Shown piece by piece: positions 13,492-25,059 of a stretch of DNA of 64,000 nucleotides. The notes below the pieces were generated by a model, which worked only from the letters and a program-made list of their open reading frames with translations, did no database searches and was not told where the DNA came from. The translations under genes and the position numbers were made by a program. The stretch comes from Bigelowiella natans CCMP2755 (Eukaryota; Protista; Cercozoa): the NCBI GenBank assembly GCA_000320545.1, contig ADNK01001197.1:240175-304174 (forward strand). Direction: 5' to 3'. Position 1 is the stretch's first letter, and the number at the start of each line of letters is the position of its first letter.

Positions 13492-14627
13492 GCGGTAGGT
13501 TGACAGCGGCAGCAGATTATTCTACAAGTAGTACTGGAGGAGGAAAATACGACGACGAGCACCATCTGGAATTGCTGCTGCTGGATGATGATGATGATAC
13601 CACTACTCAAGGGAAACAACGACAGCATAATAATAATAAGGTCGTAGAGACCCGAAAAAAAAATGATACGGTTGATCTCTCCCACCATCATCATATTTAC
13701 GGTCTAATAATAACTTTGTTGATGCACTTACTGACAGACTTACTTACTATTGGTAGGTATCCTTTGCAACTCTTGTTGCTTCCTCAATAATAGGGGAGAT
13801 GGCTACCGTTGTTTGTATCCCTATTCCTACATCCCCGAAATCTAGGACAGATGACGCTCAAGAAGGATCTGTAGTTGCTGCAGCACTACAAAGCAGCCAT
13901 TTGTCGTCATCATTGAAGAATAGTGGTGGTAGATGTAGTATTACCCATCACACTATTCTTGAGACTGTCAAAGAGCAGAAAGAGGAGATGGGTGAGAAGA
14001 AGAATAATGCATTATTGAGTCCGAGCAACAACCGATCTGCTCCTCACCATCAACTGAGCGAGGAAAGGAGGAGGAGGGAAATATATGGTGCTGGTGGTAG
14101 TGGACCATACGACGACAACGAGTGTGGAGGCGGATCGCTTATTGCCGCAAAAAAGTACATAATATTTTCTATTGCTATATTTGAGTTAGTTAAGAATGAC
14201 TTCGCTCAAATTACAGAAATTTCGCTTTGAAGACGAAGGTTTTAAGAACTCTTGATGCTCTTCCTTCACACCACAGTGGTAATAATCTCTTAACATTATC
14301 AATTAGTTTCTGGTAGATGTTATTTATTATTTATTATCATGTTAGTAAATTAATATCCATCAGTAAATAATACAGATGTGAAAAGGGGAGGCAGAGAGGG
14401 GAAAGTAGGACAAGGAAGAATAGCAGCAGCAACAACAACAACAAGCTCTAAACGTAGATACCGCACAGTAAAGGAAGAATCGTCTTCGTCGTCTTTCTCG
14501 TTCTCATCATCGTCTATCAAGCGCCATAATAGTCTGCTTTCGAGTGGCGCAATTATTGGGAGACTGCAGCAAGAAGTGTCCAAAAAGAGGAGGGGTCGTA
14601 GGAGTACAGTTTCTACTACTACTATAC

Positions 14628-14665
<38 letters not shown>

Positions 14666-15171
14666 GCAATAGCGAGTACTCTCGAAAAGCAGCAGCAGCC
14701 GCAACAGCAGCAGCAGCAAAAGCCGAGGAGGGTACGTACATACCTATACTTACTACTCTCATTACAATTACCTCCTACTCTACTCTCATTACAATTACCT
14801 CCTACTGGAGGCTACGTACATACTACTACTACTACTACTACTACTACTACAACTATTGCTATTTCTACTACTGCTGCTGCTGCTGCTGCTGGTGGTGGTA
14901 CTGTTACTCATAATAACGGATAAGATTGTAGTATCATTAACCCTCCTCTCTTCTAACTCGCCTTTACTACTCCATAAATCCTACCATCACCTTTCTCTCC
15001 TCCTTTTCCTCCTCCTCCATGCTTATGCTCAAACTTGTTATTCTTTCACGTTCTTCGACTTGTCAGAAACAGAGGCGAAAGCGGATATTCTGGACGGCAT
15101 GTGAGGAAACCCATTTGAGAATGGGGGTTAGGGAGTTTGGAACTGGAAAATGGTGAGTATGGTGGCCTCAT

Positions 15172-15204
<33 letters not shown>

Positions 15205-15520
15205 CTCACACAAATAATAATATTCTATCTATATCTACATATTATTTCCAGTTCTTGGGTAGAAACTAGTATTATGTTTCAACTCTTGAATTTTCATATT
15301 TGCTGTTATCTATTTTTCTCTGATATCATCATCAATGAATTGGTACTAGGGCGAAGATTATTCGAAAATGGCCAATCATATTTAAGAATAGGACCTCAGT
15401 TGACCTTAAAGATAAGTGGAGGAATCTAGAAAGGGGAGATCTCGATATTGTGCGTTCAACACGTTTTTATACTACTACAAATAATACACAACAACACATA
15501 CAGAGAGGGAAATTATTTTA

Positions 15521-15556
<36 letters not shown>

Positions 15557-16286
15557 GTATGTGTGAGTGAGTGAATAAATGTATATTGATGATATTTATA
15601 TTCTATTGTAAAGTTTCTCGAATAATGATAATAATACGGTTTTATCGTCGATACGAACACTTAGTCGTCGAGGAAAAGAAAGTCAGCATCAGTATTGGCT
15701 GCTCCTCCACTTCTATTAAATAGTAGAAACCCTGCGACAACAATTGTTGTAAGTACTCCCATGGTTGTGGGGAAAAGTCTAGATTCGAGAATACTACCAC
15801 GTTGGTGGGCAAATAATACGATGCAAGAACATCAAAGAACTGTAGCAGCTTCTTCTAGTTATCAGAAGGTGCTTTATTTGCTTCTTGACTATCTATTTTT
15901 CTCTATGTTCTATTCATCCTAATCCGTTTTCCTTGACATTATTTTCCCTTTTTCTTTTATAATGTGCTGTCTGTATTCTGGGAGTTGACATCTTACTATT
16001 TTATTGTTATAATGTGTTGTCTGAATCCTGGGAATTCTATGTTTCTGGGGGGAATAATTTGTTGTATGGCTACCAGCAGCCTCCTCCTCCTCTTCTGGGT
16101 AGCTGTCAAAAGCCCGTCATCCTCCAAACCCACCACCACCACCACCAGCAGCACCAGCAGCAGCAGCAGCAGCTGGAACAACAACGACAATCACTTTTGA
16201 GCAGCTCAGAAGAAACCCAAGCGACGACGACGACGACGATGACAAGCACGACGACGTTCCAGGATCGGCGAGTAGGTCTGCAATAA
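12900..16286 (+). CDS. TRF-like (telobox) single-Myb telomere-repeat-binding protein; start and some exons uncertain
   Basis: Exons at ~15067-15152 and ~15350-15450 join to KQRRKRIFWTACEETHLRMGVREFGTGKW-AKIIRKWPIIFKNRTSVDLKDKWRNL. VDLKDKWRN is the telobox signature. Flanking exons are low-complexity. Confidence 0.7.
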
Positions 16287-16519
16287 GTGGTGGTGGTGGT
16301 GGTGCTGTCGTCGTCGCCTTTAAGTGTCACTATTCCGTTCTCCAACACAAAATCTCAGTAAAATCATGCCATGAAGAAAAGTCTCAGGATTCAATTCTCT
16401 AGATCGTGGGCAAAAGGTGGAAAATACTCCGGAAAACCGTATTTTTTCGAGATAATTCGCATAGTTAGCGCTAATGTCCATTCTAGTTATTCTGCAAACT
16501 CTTATGATATAATGCACAT

Positions 16520-17242
16520 AGGTACACGCACAGTGCATTATATGTACAGTATCTAGAGTATGTACGTGCTACTATGTTCAGACATGCACACAAGTGTAGT
16601 TTTAACACTACTAAATACATAGCATTTATTTACATAGATTTTGATGGCTGCATAATTGATACTCGCTGCTCTGATGTAGCCAATTCACAATTTGTCATGC
16701 ACAGTGCTAGAGTGCATGGTGCTGCAGCGCTAGCGCGGTTTAATTTGCGCTAGTGCTCTTGAAAAAGCACGTAGCACATGCTAGCATGTCCTCAAATCTG
16801 TCGAATGAAACCACCTACATGGCGTCCACGCGGATCGCACTAGCACAGCTAGCTGGCGCAACACGGTCACGTCTAGACGTACGTGCATGATGATGAGCTA
16901 CATGAGCGGATGAGTTAGTGAGTTTCAAAGTGTCACAGCGAAAAGGCTCATTCCATGCATGCCAATTTGTGTCTCCCTCTGGTTTCCACCTCGCCCGCCC
17001 ATCGAAATTCGCGTTGTAACGAATTGTCTCTGCGTTCGATTAGCATGTTCCACCCGGACAGATTGGTGGCTACTTGCATTCACATTGGAACAATGTTTTC
17101 AACGGTGATCGTGGCTAAGAAAACAGGTTTTTGCATTCAGCTAGCACAAAGAATTTTGTGACACAGAAATCCAAATTGAAAGTTATTTTGTTGTCAACCT
17201 GCATTTCATGTGACGACATTTCAATTACAAACACACAGAGAA

Positions 17243-17306
<64 letters not shown>

Positions 17307-18630
17307 TTTGATTCACTGATTGGTTGATGTGCACATCACACTACACGTCGCTTACATCATTTCATGTGTCAACTTGTGTCAAATGCAGGCCGCATTGGCC
17401 TTGCAATGCCGCTAATGTTTCTTCAATGGGTTGCATTGATCTGGTGCTCATTGAGGTCAGCTGTTACTTAAAGAAAATCATTTCCATCGATGACACGGGG
17501 TTCACAAACACCATCCTTTCTAACATTAGTTACATTCCTTTTGGTCAAAGAACATTGAAGTCCTGCGTGACGTTTTGCTGGAATGGAACATGGAACTGCC
17601 AATGAGGCACACGCTTGATCCATTCCACGTGCTACTAAATCAGCACAGAACAAGCTACCCAAATGACATCGTTGATCTGCAATGACAAGGATCCCCTAAG
17701 TTCATGTTTCTCATGCAATTTGTGTTTCATGCCTGCTAGCCTGAGTGCCAAGCCTTTGAACATGCTTTGGCCGCATGTGTTAATGACATGACACCTACCA
17801 TGGTTTTCAATCACATGCCCCCGGATGTAGATGCTTTCAAATGCATGAAACGTGCAACAGAAGAGACAAATGGACACAATGCAAGCGCTGTAGCCGCTGC
17901 TTTGCATGGCTGCATCAGGATGGCCCATCAAAAAGATTCAATCACTTCATTGCCATCACAATGGACTCGTAACACCCATCACTAGTGTCCATTGTCATTC
18001 GTCTCATGCCCCAACATCGATCCTCTTTGTCATCTTGGTCAAAGCTGTTTTGCACGACCTATTTTTTTCATGAATGCACATGGCATTGGTGTTTGCTGAC
18101 ATGCTCGCATCGATCGCCCGGCGGAACATTGCTTCGTGCTCGAAATCAAAGTTCGGACAATTTGCAATTTGTCTTCAACGATGTCGTGTCGAGAGCCATT
18201 TGAAGAAGAGACATTGTCCTTCGATTCCGTTCAAGGGCCCTCAATGAACGGGTGATCAATTTTCTTTGCTGCTCATGATTCAGCAAATGCAATCGCGCCT
18301 TGAATTAGACCACATGCAAAATGGCCGCCAACTACAGCCTAGCAGCTAGCTCTGCGACATCTAGATGTCTCATGTTCTAGTGTTGTGCGCGTGTCAATCA
18401 CGCCTTCCATGGTGTCATTGAAAAATTCAATCACTTCTCAACATCCGTCTCACACACACACACACACACATTTCTGCTGTTGTGAGGCGCTCATGTGTTT
18501 CATGCATTTTGAAAAAGTGTTCACATGCACATCTGATATAGTCTGCTTGCTATGATGGACACAGCAATGCACTATACACATCATTGCTAGATTGAGCACG
18601 TCATCCCTGAATCTCTAGCATCTACCTAGT
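16520..18630. other. TpA-depleted block B, containing a decayed coding-like relic (~17330-18320)
   Basis: Hand count for 18062-18300: 0 TpA versus 16 CpG. Remaining TA in the block is often in CTAG. Confidence 0.8.
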
Positions 18631-18659
18631 GCACCATCACTGCCTAGCTAGCACTATTA

Positions 18660-19560
18660 GAGGAGAGGAGATGGTCCATGTCGCTTTCACGGCAACACCA
18701 CATGTTTTATGCATCGCATCTGCTTCTTCACAGTGGCCACGGGACAACATGAAGCTTCCGAGATCGCCCACTGTGTCGATGGCGCGCATATCTACTCCTG
18801 TAAGTGTGTTTTTTCGAGCTTATGGCGACCGATTTTGCTTTTTCGAGTTGATGGCGACGACTCCTGCCCCCAACCCCCGCTTCAATTCCGTGCTTAAGAA
18901 GTGGATATCCCTCAAGTCTCTGTTGAACACCTGAATCCGTCGCTCAATACAACAATGTTTGATGAAGCTTTTGAGTTCATTGTCGCTTGCCAAGTCATAG
19001 GGAGTCTCCCCATTTGTGTTCTTGGCCTCAATGTTTGCCTCCATGTCAACCAGGTACTTCACGATCTCAAAATGACCCTTTTTGGAACCCGCGATCAAGG
19101 GAGTATTACCTAATAAATTGTGTCGAAATCGTTATAAATTATGTAACATGTTCTATAACTGCTGTCCCAATGCTAGTATTGGTACCCACCCCATACGTCT
19201 TTCGCCTCAATGTTTGCCTTCATGTCAACCAGGTACTTTACGATCTCAAAATGACCCTTTGTGGAACCCGCGATCAAGGGAGTATCACCTCAGATATTGT
19301 ATTGAAATCATTTCAAATCATGTAACATATTCTACAACTGCTGTCTAAGTGCTAGTATTGGTACCACAACCTTTTTTTTTGGAATCCCTTTTGAAAAGCC
19401 ATCGCTAACGGATGACCCAAGCGTGGACCAGCACATGTGGATGTAGCCTTTGGGAAGTTCCTACGTAGAGTAGATGTGTTTTTGTGCCGTCGAATGCAAG
19501 AACGTAGCCCTGGGATCTGGTTCGTCTTCATGCTCCTCCTTTTTTCATGATTCTGAAGCC
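18660..19560 (-). pseudogene. Ankyrin-repeat gene fragment or pseudogene, one repeat per exon
   Basis: Two near-identical exons: GDTPLIAGSTKGHFEIVKYLVDMKANIEAKD and GNTPLIAGSKKGHFEIVKYLVDMEANIEAKNTNGETPYDLA. Each is preceded by a homologous intron. Embedded in TpA-depleted DNA, with no convincing start. Confidence 0.7.
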
Positions 19561-19756
19561 ATTGAAACCAAAAAGCCTTGCTGGGTTGTGCCCTCTCGGA
19601 TGATGCTAGTGTCGTTGTGGCATTGCTAGATTGTACCATGACGACCCATCTTCTGGATCGTGCTGTGCGTGCCACACTGTCGCGCTACATTGCACGTGCA
19701 TAGCTAGCTAGATATGCGTCGATCATGTTTGTACCGATGCACAATCTGCAGACACG

Positions 19757-19880
19757 ATGACCATTGACAAGATTTAATCAATTCATTACATCCGTGCTTT
19801 GCACAGCTACATGAGGATGACTATTGAACAAATCTAATTTGATTTATTACATATGTCTTACATCCGTCTCACATCTGCAG
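19757..19880 (+). repeat. Dispersed repeat copy (related copy at ~26356-26418; weaker relative ~18415-18452)
   Basis: TTGCACAGCTACATGAGGATGAC(T/C)ATTGAACAAAT shared between ~19799 and ~26356. Confidence 0.8.
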
Positions 19881-20079
19881 ACACAGCGATGGAGTTTGCA
19901 GTGTGTCTAGATTTACAGCTATACTGTCATTAATGCGTGTTTGGGGTATGCACTACACAGCAGCAGATGTTTTCTTAAATTAACAATGTCTAAATGTGCT
20001 TCATATTTCTGGATTTTCAAGCCAAGCCCAGCTCAAATAAACGCTATTTTCTTTTAATCATCTTTAATAGTTTCAAGGA

Positions 20080-20931
20080 TGGCAACCAGAACAAAATCCG
20101 TGACTAGATGGATTAGACTTCGGACATGCAGCACCCTATGGTAATTAAAATAAACTCAAACGAGAAAATTATTATTAAGTATAAAAAATTCTCACCGAAT
20201 AAGTATATCTTGACATGTGATCATTGCAAACCTAATTAATGATGATCAGAGTTGATGAATCTGATAAAATTGTATTTTCACTCGAAAACCTTTAATTTAA
20301 CAGGGATTCGCCTCCCAATTGGAAAGTATGAGAAGTGCAATCCTTCGGAGTTCCATTTTCGTAACTTGGCAAGCACCCATTTTTTCCGTTTAGATGTATA
20401 CACCCAAAACTTTTCTGGAAGGGTTGTAGCTACAATCCTGAGCAAGAAAACTGTTATTATACAATCTCAAGTATTATTTTATGCTGCTATCCTCCAATGA
20501 TCTTCTCCAAATACCACCTTTGAATATCGACTACATGATCGATAGTTTGAATTTGTTCTATTTTTGCGCGAAGGGCCAAATTTTTGTCAAGAGTGCACAA
20601 TCGTACATGAGCGCCCTTTGAGAAAATATGCAAATAAACAAATCAAATATAAGCACATTCAAAACGAATGAAGTTGGAAGAATAATATCAGGTGCCTGAC
20701 CTCTGTTCTGCTTAAGAACATGCAACAATTGAGAATAGAATCGTCTCCTCTTAGCATTGTTGGAAACTAAAATATGAACGATCAAAAAATACTACAAGAA
20801 TAGGCAAATGAGGATATGCTAGTACAACTATTACTTTGTGATATCCATCATCCTTAAAGTACATGTGATCCATTTGTCCTACTACCACCTGTATATTCAT
20901 TTTATGGATGATCAAGATACACACATATTTT

Positions 20932-20971
<40 letters not shown>

Positions 20972-23127
20972 ATTTTTACCGAAGACGGAGATGATGATTT
21001 TGGACCCCCCCTCTTCGCCATCTCTGAATACAAAACACGATGAGCATTTCGAGCTTCATACCCCAGCTGTCTGGTATCCTTTTTTAGACCATCAAGTTCT
21101 CGCATCACCTGTGGCAAAAATGTTTGTTTCAGATATTCTTCTATTTTACACAAGTTATAGCATTCATCATCATACAAAGAAGTCTCTTTTCTTCTTCTTC
21201 TTCTTCTTCTTCTTCTTCTTCAATCTACCGCCTTTGGTATGAGAAACATGCTTCTTTTCCCGTGCTGCTGCTGTTTCTGGAAATGAAAGCAATTCCTGAA
21301 CCGCGGAAATTGTCTACCAAAGGATGATAAACAGGTGTTTAAATGTTTCAATACTCAAGCCGTTATGAGAAGTGATTGTTTTTGCTACTACTTACTACTA
21401 CTGCTACTACCTTGGAGAGAAATACTCCAAAATCCAACATGTATCCAAAACGAAAATCACATCACCTGAAATTGCCGTTTTCTTTTTAGAAATAAGAGGA
21501 GAAAATCAAACAACAAAGTGTTATTACAGTTATGTTAATAATACATTTCATATTTAATTTTCCTCCTAGTTCTTTATCAATAGAAGCCTCATTTTCACCA
21601 GAGCTCATCAACAGCGAAGTAGCAGTGATGGGATCTTGTTTTTTTTTTGGTTCTTTCGCTGTTTCATTGTCCTTCACTTCTGCCTTCTTCGCTGCTTCAT
21701 TGTTCTTCACTTCTTTCTTCTGCGCAGCTAAAACTCCCAAGATACTAGCTTTCATTTCTCTAATCCTGTGGAAAATTGATTATATTGGTGACTACTAAAA
21801 TCATAAATCTGCTGGATTATTTTTCATAACATACTTAATTTCGATATTTGTGAGCTGCTCATCTTTTGTTTCATTGCTATGGACTGCTCCATCAATATCA
21901 GCCTTGCTGCTGCTCTCAACTCCAGCTTCTGGCAGAGGATAAGGGAAACGTTTTAAAGACTTTGGTTTCGCCCATCGTCGTGTGCGAAGATTATATGCCC
22001 ACCTTAAACAGCAGACAATGTTCAGCATTTATCTGCATCGTGGTATTATCGATGATCACGTTGGAAATGAAGGAGAAGACGATTATGGGATATTATGGAA
22101 GAAGAAGAAGAAGAAGAAGAAAAAGAAGTACCCATAAGAATATCTTTCTTCGATACTTTTGAATTTCGATCCCTAGAAATATATTATATTAGATTTCGCC
22201 GAAGTATGCATGTGCGCTGAAATTGATTCACCTGGTATGGCTTAACATCTTTCCTTTTTACTGCTTCTAAGTATCCCTCCAGAGAAAGGTAAATGTCTTT
22301 TTGCGGCACAACTGAAGCCTTGGTATTGACAACTTGTTTCTTGAAAAGATCAAGGGTCATCTAGATTTTATGAAATAAATTTATCAGCCATCTTACTGAA
22401 ACCAGTTTCACGATGAATGCCTACATATCTTCAGTGTCATTTACCTTTTTGAAAGACTCCATGATGTCGTTGATATTTGGTTCTGCAATATTGTCCTCCA
22501 CTTTTGCAAAATTCTCAACGCATGCTTTTTTATTAGTTATGTCAACAAGTGGTGATTTCATTTTCCTGAGGTGAGAGTGGTCATCCATTATTCTTTTTGA
22601 AGTGTATCGAGCCGTTGACACAGATTCCAGTCTAAGATCAAGAAACACACTGCATTTTACACTTACGACATCGACGAAATTATCTTTACAATATTTCATG
22701 TCGCATTCCTTAATCGCATTGTGTTTTCATATTATCGATAGGTCGTACCGAAAAATACTCATCTATGCGTTGTTGCCCGTAGCTACCATTATTCAGAGAC
22801 ATACATAACACTTATTCGTGAAATAATCGCTAATCATGACATAATTTCTATTGTTCATCCTTGTTTCATTGAGAAAGTCTCAGGGGAAATGACGTCATGC
22901 TTCACTTGAAACTGATCAGTAAAGTCTGAATTTTTAATTCGCTTACTTTTCCCGCTACGAGTTGCTGGAGAAGGAATGGGTAGGAAGGGCCAGCAATGTG
23001 TTGCTCTGCAAATTGTTCGCCATTACTACTATAAAACTCGCTGATATTCGAGGCACTCTCCATACATAAAATCGATTGAGTGTTTGATCTTTCTTCATCA
23101 TACACAAGCCCATACATGCACAGAGAG

Positions 23128-23163
<36 letters not shown>

Positions 23164-23303
23164 GCATGCGTGGACACGCATCATTCACACATGCTTCACG
23201 CAAAGAGCATATACAAACGCATCCACACATAGAAAATGTACGTGTTTAAATGTTCAGATATATCCTGAGGAAAACTAACTCCGTCCAAGGCGTCTTTCTT
23301 CAT
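20080..23303 (-). CDS. Multi-exon hypothetical protein (boundaries approximate; may be more than one gene)
   Basis: AG/GT-bounded open exons: MESASNISEFYSSNGEQFAEQH..., MTLDLFKKQVVNTKASVVPQKDIYLSLEGYLE..., RWAYNLRTRRWAKPK..., YLKQTFLPQVMRELDGLKK..., LPEKFWVYTSKRKKWVLAKLRKW..., GAACPKSNPSSHGFCSGCHP*. No family recognised. Confidence 0.5.
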
Positions 23304-23418
23304 CGAGGAGGTAGAATGCTTTTTGGTCAATATATCATCATTTTATCAGCACGAAACAGGCAGCAGCTTCGCGACAAATATTAAATAATTCGCCTACCAT
23401 CTTTTTAAAGGTGCAAAA

Positions 23419-24885
23419 ATGACTGCCGCAGGGCCACGAGGGAGACTTAGGCAAGCATATTTGTTGTTTGGAACACGCGTAGTTTGTCAAGCTACTCGTT
23501 TAGCATGGGCGCCACTCCTTATATACATCTCAAAAGAACTCAACTTAAATCATGCACACCAGGGGCAAGTTCTGTCGTCATTTTCATTTGGATACCTATT
23601 CACCCAAGTTGTGGGGGGAATGGCTGCCGACAAGTTCGGTGGAAAACCAGTACAGACAGTATCTCTTGTAGGTTCGTCTCTAGGAATGCTACTAATTCCT
23701 GTTGTAGTCGATTATGGGTACTGGGCCTTATGCTCTGTCTATTTTCTCATGGGATTGTGCCAAGGCCCTTCACACCCAGGCTACAACGCAATGGCAGCGA
23801 TATGGTTTCGAGCATCTGAACGTGGTTGGGTGTCTTCAGTTTGCGAGGCAGGTCCTGTTACTGGTACATTGCTGTCTCTTCTTATTGCTCCAAGGCTAGC
23901 AGCTACTTACGGTTGGCGTACAGCTTTCACGATGTTTGGCCTCATCACCACAGTATGGTCAATAGTTTGGCAACATTTCGCGTACAGCAATCCTTCAGAA
24001 GTTCCTAGGGAAAATGATGAGCCAAACGATGAGGAGGCGGGGGTTTCTTCTGATTGTAACACCTTAAGCAGGAAACAACTGTCAAGCGGAAATCTCGTGA
24101 AACACAACAAGATGATAAATCCTGCTGCCGGCCATGACCACAAGAACTCGACGACTACGCATAAGAAGAGAAAAACAGAAGCAGCATCAGCACAAAACCA
24201 ACTCCATTCAGCAGTCCAACAACAACAACAACACGATACTGTTAAGACAGTTGCTCGAGCATCTTCTAAGTTCCCATTTGCGTTTTTCACATTTTTACCA
24301 GTTTGGGGAGTTATAGGGCAACATATGATATTTAATACGTCACGTTACTTCTTTGCTGACTGGACGGCAATTTATTACGATGAGAGATTTAACCGCAATC
24401 CCGAGACGAGTGGTTTACTTTTATCCATGCCCTTTGCTGCAGGCGCAATGGTACAGATGCTCATAAGCGGTGTGGAAGGTCCGATGATAAAGCGAGGATG
24501 GACGCCGTTAGATGTTCGGAAGATTATGGGGGGATCTGGTTTCCTTATCACAGCTGTTTGCTTAATGATGATGACTACAACACTCAATGAATATTCTTTC
24601 TGTTTTTGGCTCTCTCTGTTGGAAGCTTCGCTTGCTTGCCACGCTTGTGGTTACAAAGCAAACTACATGGACCTCACAACAAGACATCAAGGCATATTTA
24701 TGGGTACTGGAAACACTGTTGCAAGCATCTGCACGTTTGGAATGCCTCTGGCAGTGGCGGCGTATTTAGATATGTTCCATGATTGGAATGGAATATTTTT
24801 GGCCCTTTCAGCTCTCAATTTCATCGGTATATTTATTAATCAGAGAGTAACAGTCGTGAAAGAACTTCATGTCGCAGAAGTATGA
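23419..24885 (+). CDS. MFS transporter, SLC17/anion:cation symporter-like, 488 aa, intronless
   Basis: Uninterrupted ORF with ~12 hydrophobic segments and a central hydrophilic loop. Motifs GxVLSSFSFGYLFTQVVGGMAADKFGGK, MGLCQG..PGYNAMAAIWF..ER, GWRTAF and NYMDL...GIFMGTGNT. Confidence 0.9.
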   Translation: MTAAGPRGRLRQAYLLFGTRVVCQATRLAWAPLLIYISKELNLNHAHQGQVLSSFSFGYLFTQVVGGMAADKFGGKPVQTVSLVGSSLGMLLIPVVVDYGYWALCSVYFLMGLCQGPSHPGYNAMAAIWFRASERGWVSSVCEAGPVTGTLLSLLIAPRLAATYGWRTAFTMFGLITTVWSIVWQHFAYSNPSEVPRENDEPNDEEAGVSSDCNTLSRKQLSSGNLVKHNKMINPAAGHDHKNSTTTHKKRKTEAASAQNQLHSAVQQQQQHDTVKTVARASSKFPFAFFTFLPVWGVIGQHMIFNTSRYFFADWTAIYYDERFNRNPETSGLLLSMPFAAGAMVQMLISGVEGPMIKRGWTPLDVRKIMGGSGFLITAVCLMMMTTTLNEYSFCFWLSLLEASLACHACGYKANYMDLTTRHQGIFMGTGNTVASICTFGMPLAVAAYLDMFHDWNGIFLALSALNFIGIFINQRVTVVKELHVAEV

Positions 24886-25059
24886 AGGATTCTAGTACGA
24901 CTATTCTCCTCTCGAATTTAGCACCATCATCTCTCTCGGTCGGTTGTGACGAGAATATTATGTGTGAACCAGCCTAGCATATTATCTGGATGATAACATC
25001 ACATTATGTGTGAACCAGCCTAGCATATAAATATCATCACAATAATACTCGATCTCCTA

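Noticed and set aside
15123-15133. GGGGGTTAGGG inside the telobox exon as an autoregulatory site
   Set aside because: A single hexamer dictated by the G-V-R codons, expected by chance.
18062-18300. CpG methylation decay or RIP as the cause of TG/CA enrichment
   Set aside because: CpG is abundant (16 counted) while TpA is absent, and RIP would raise TpA.
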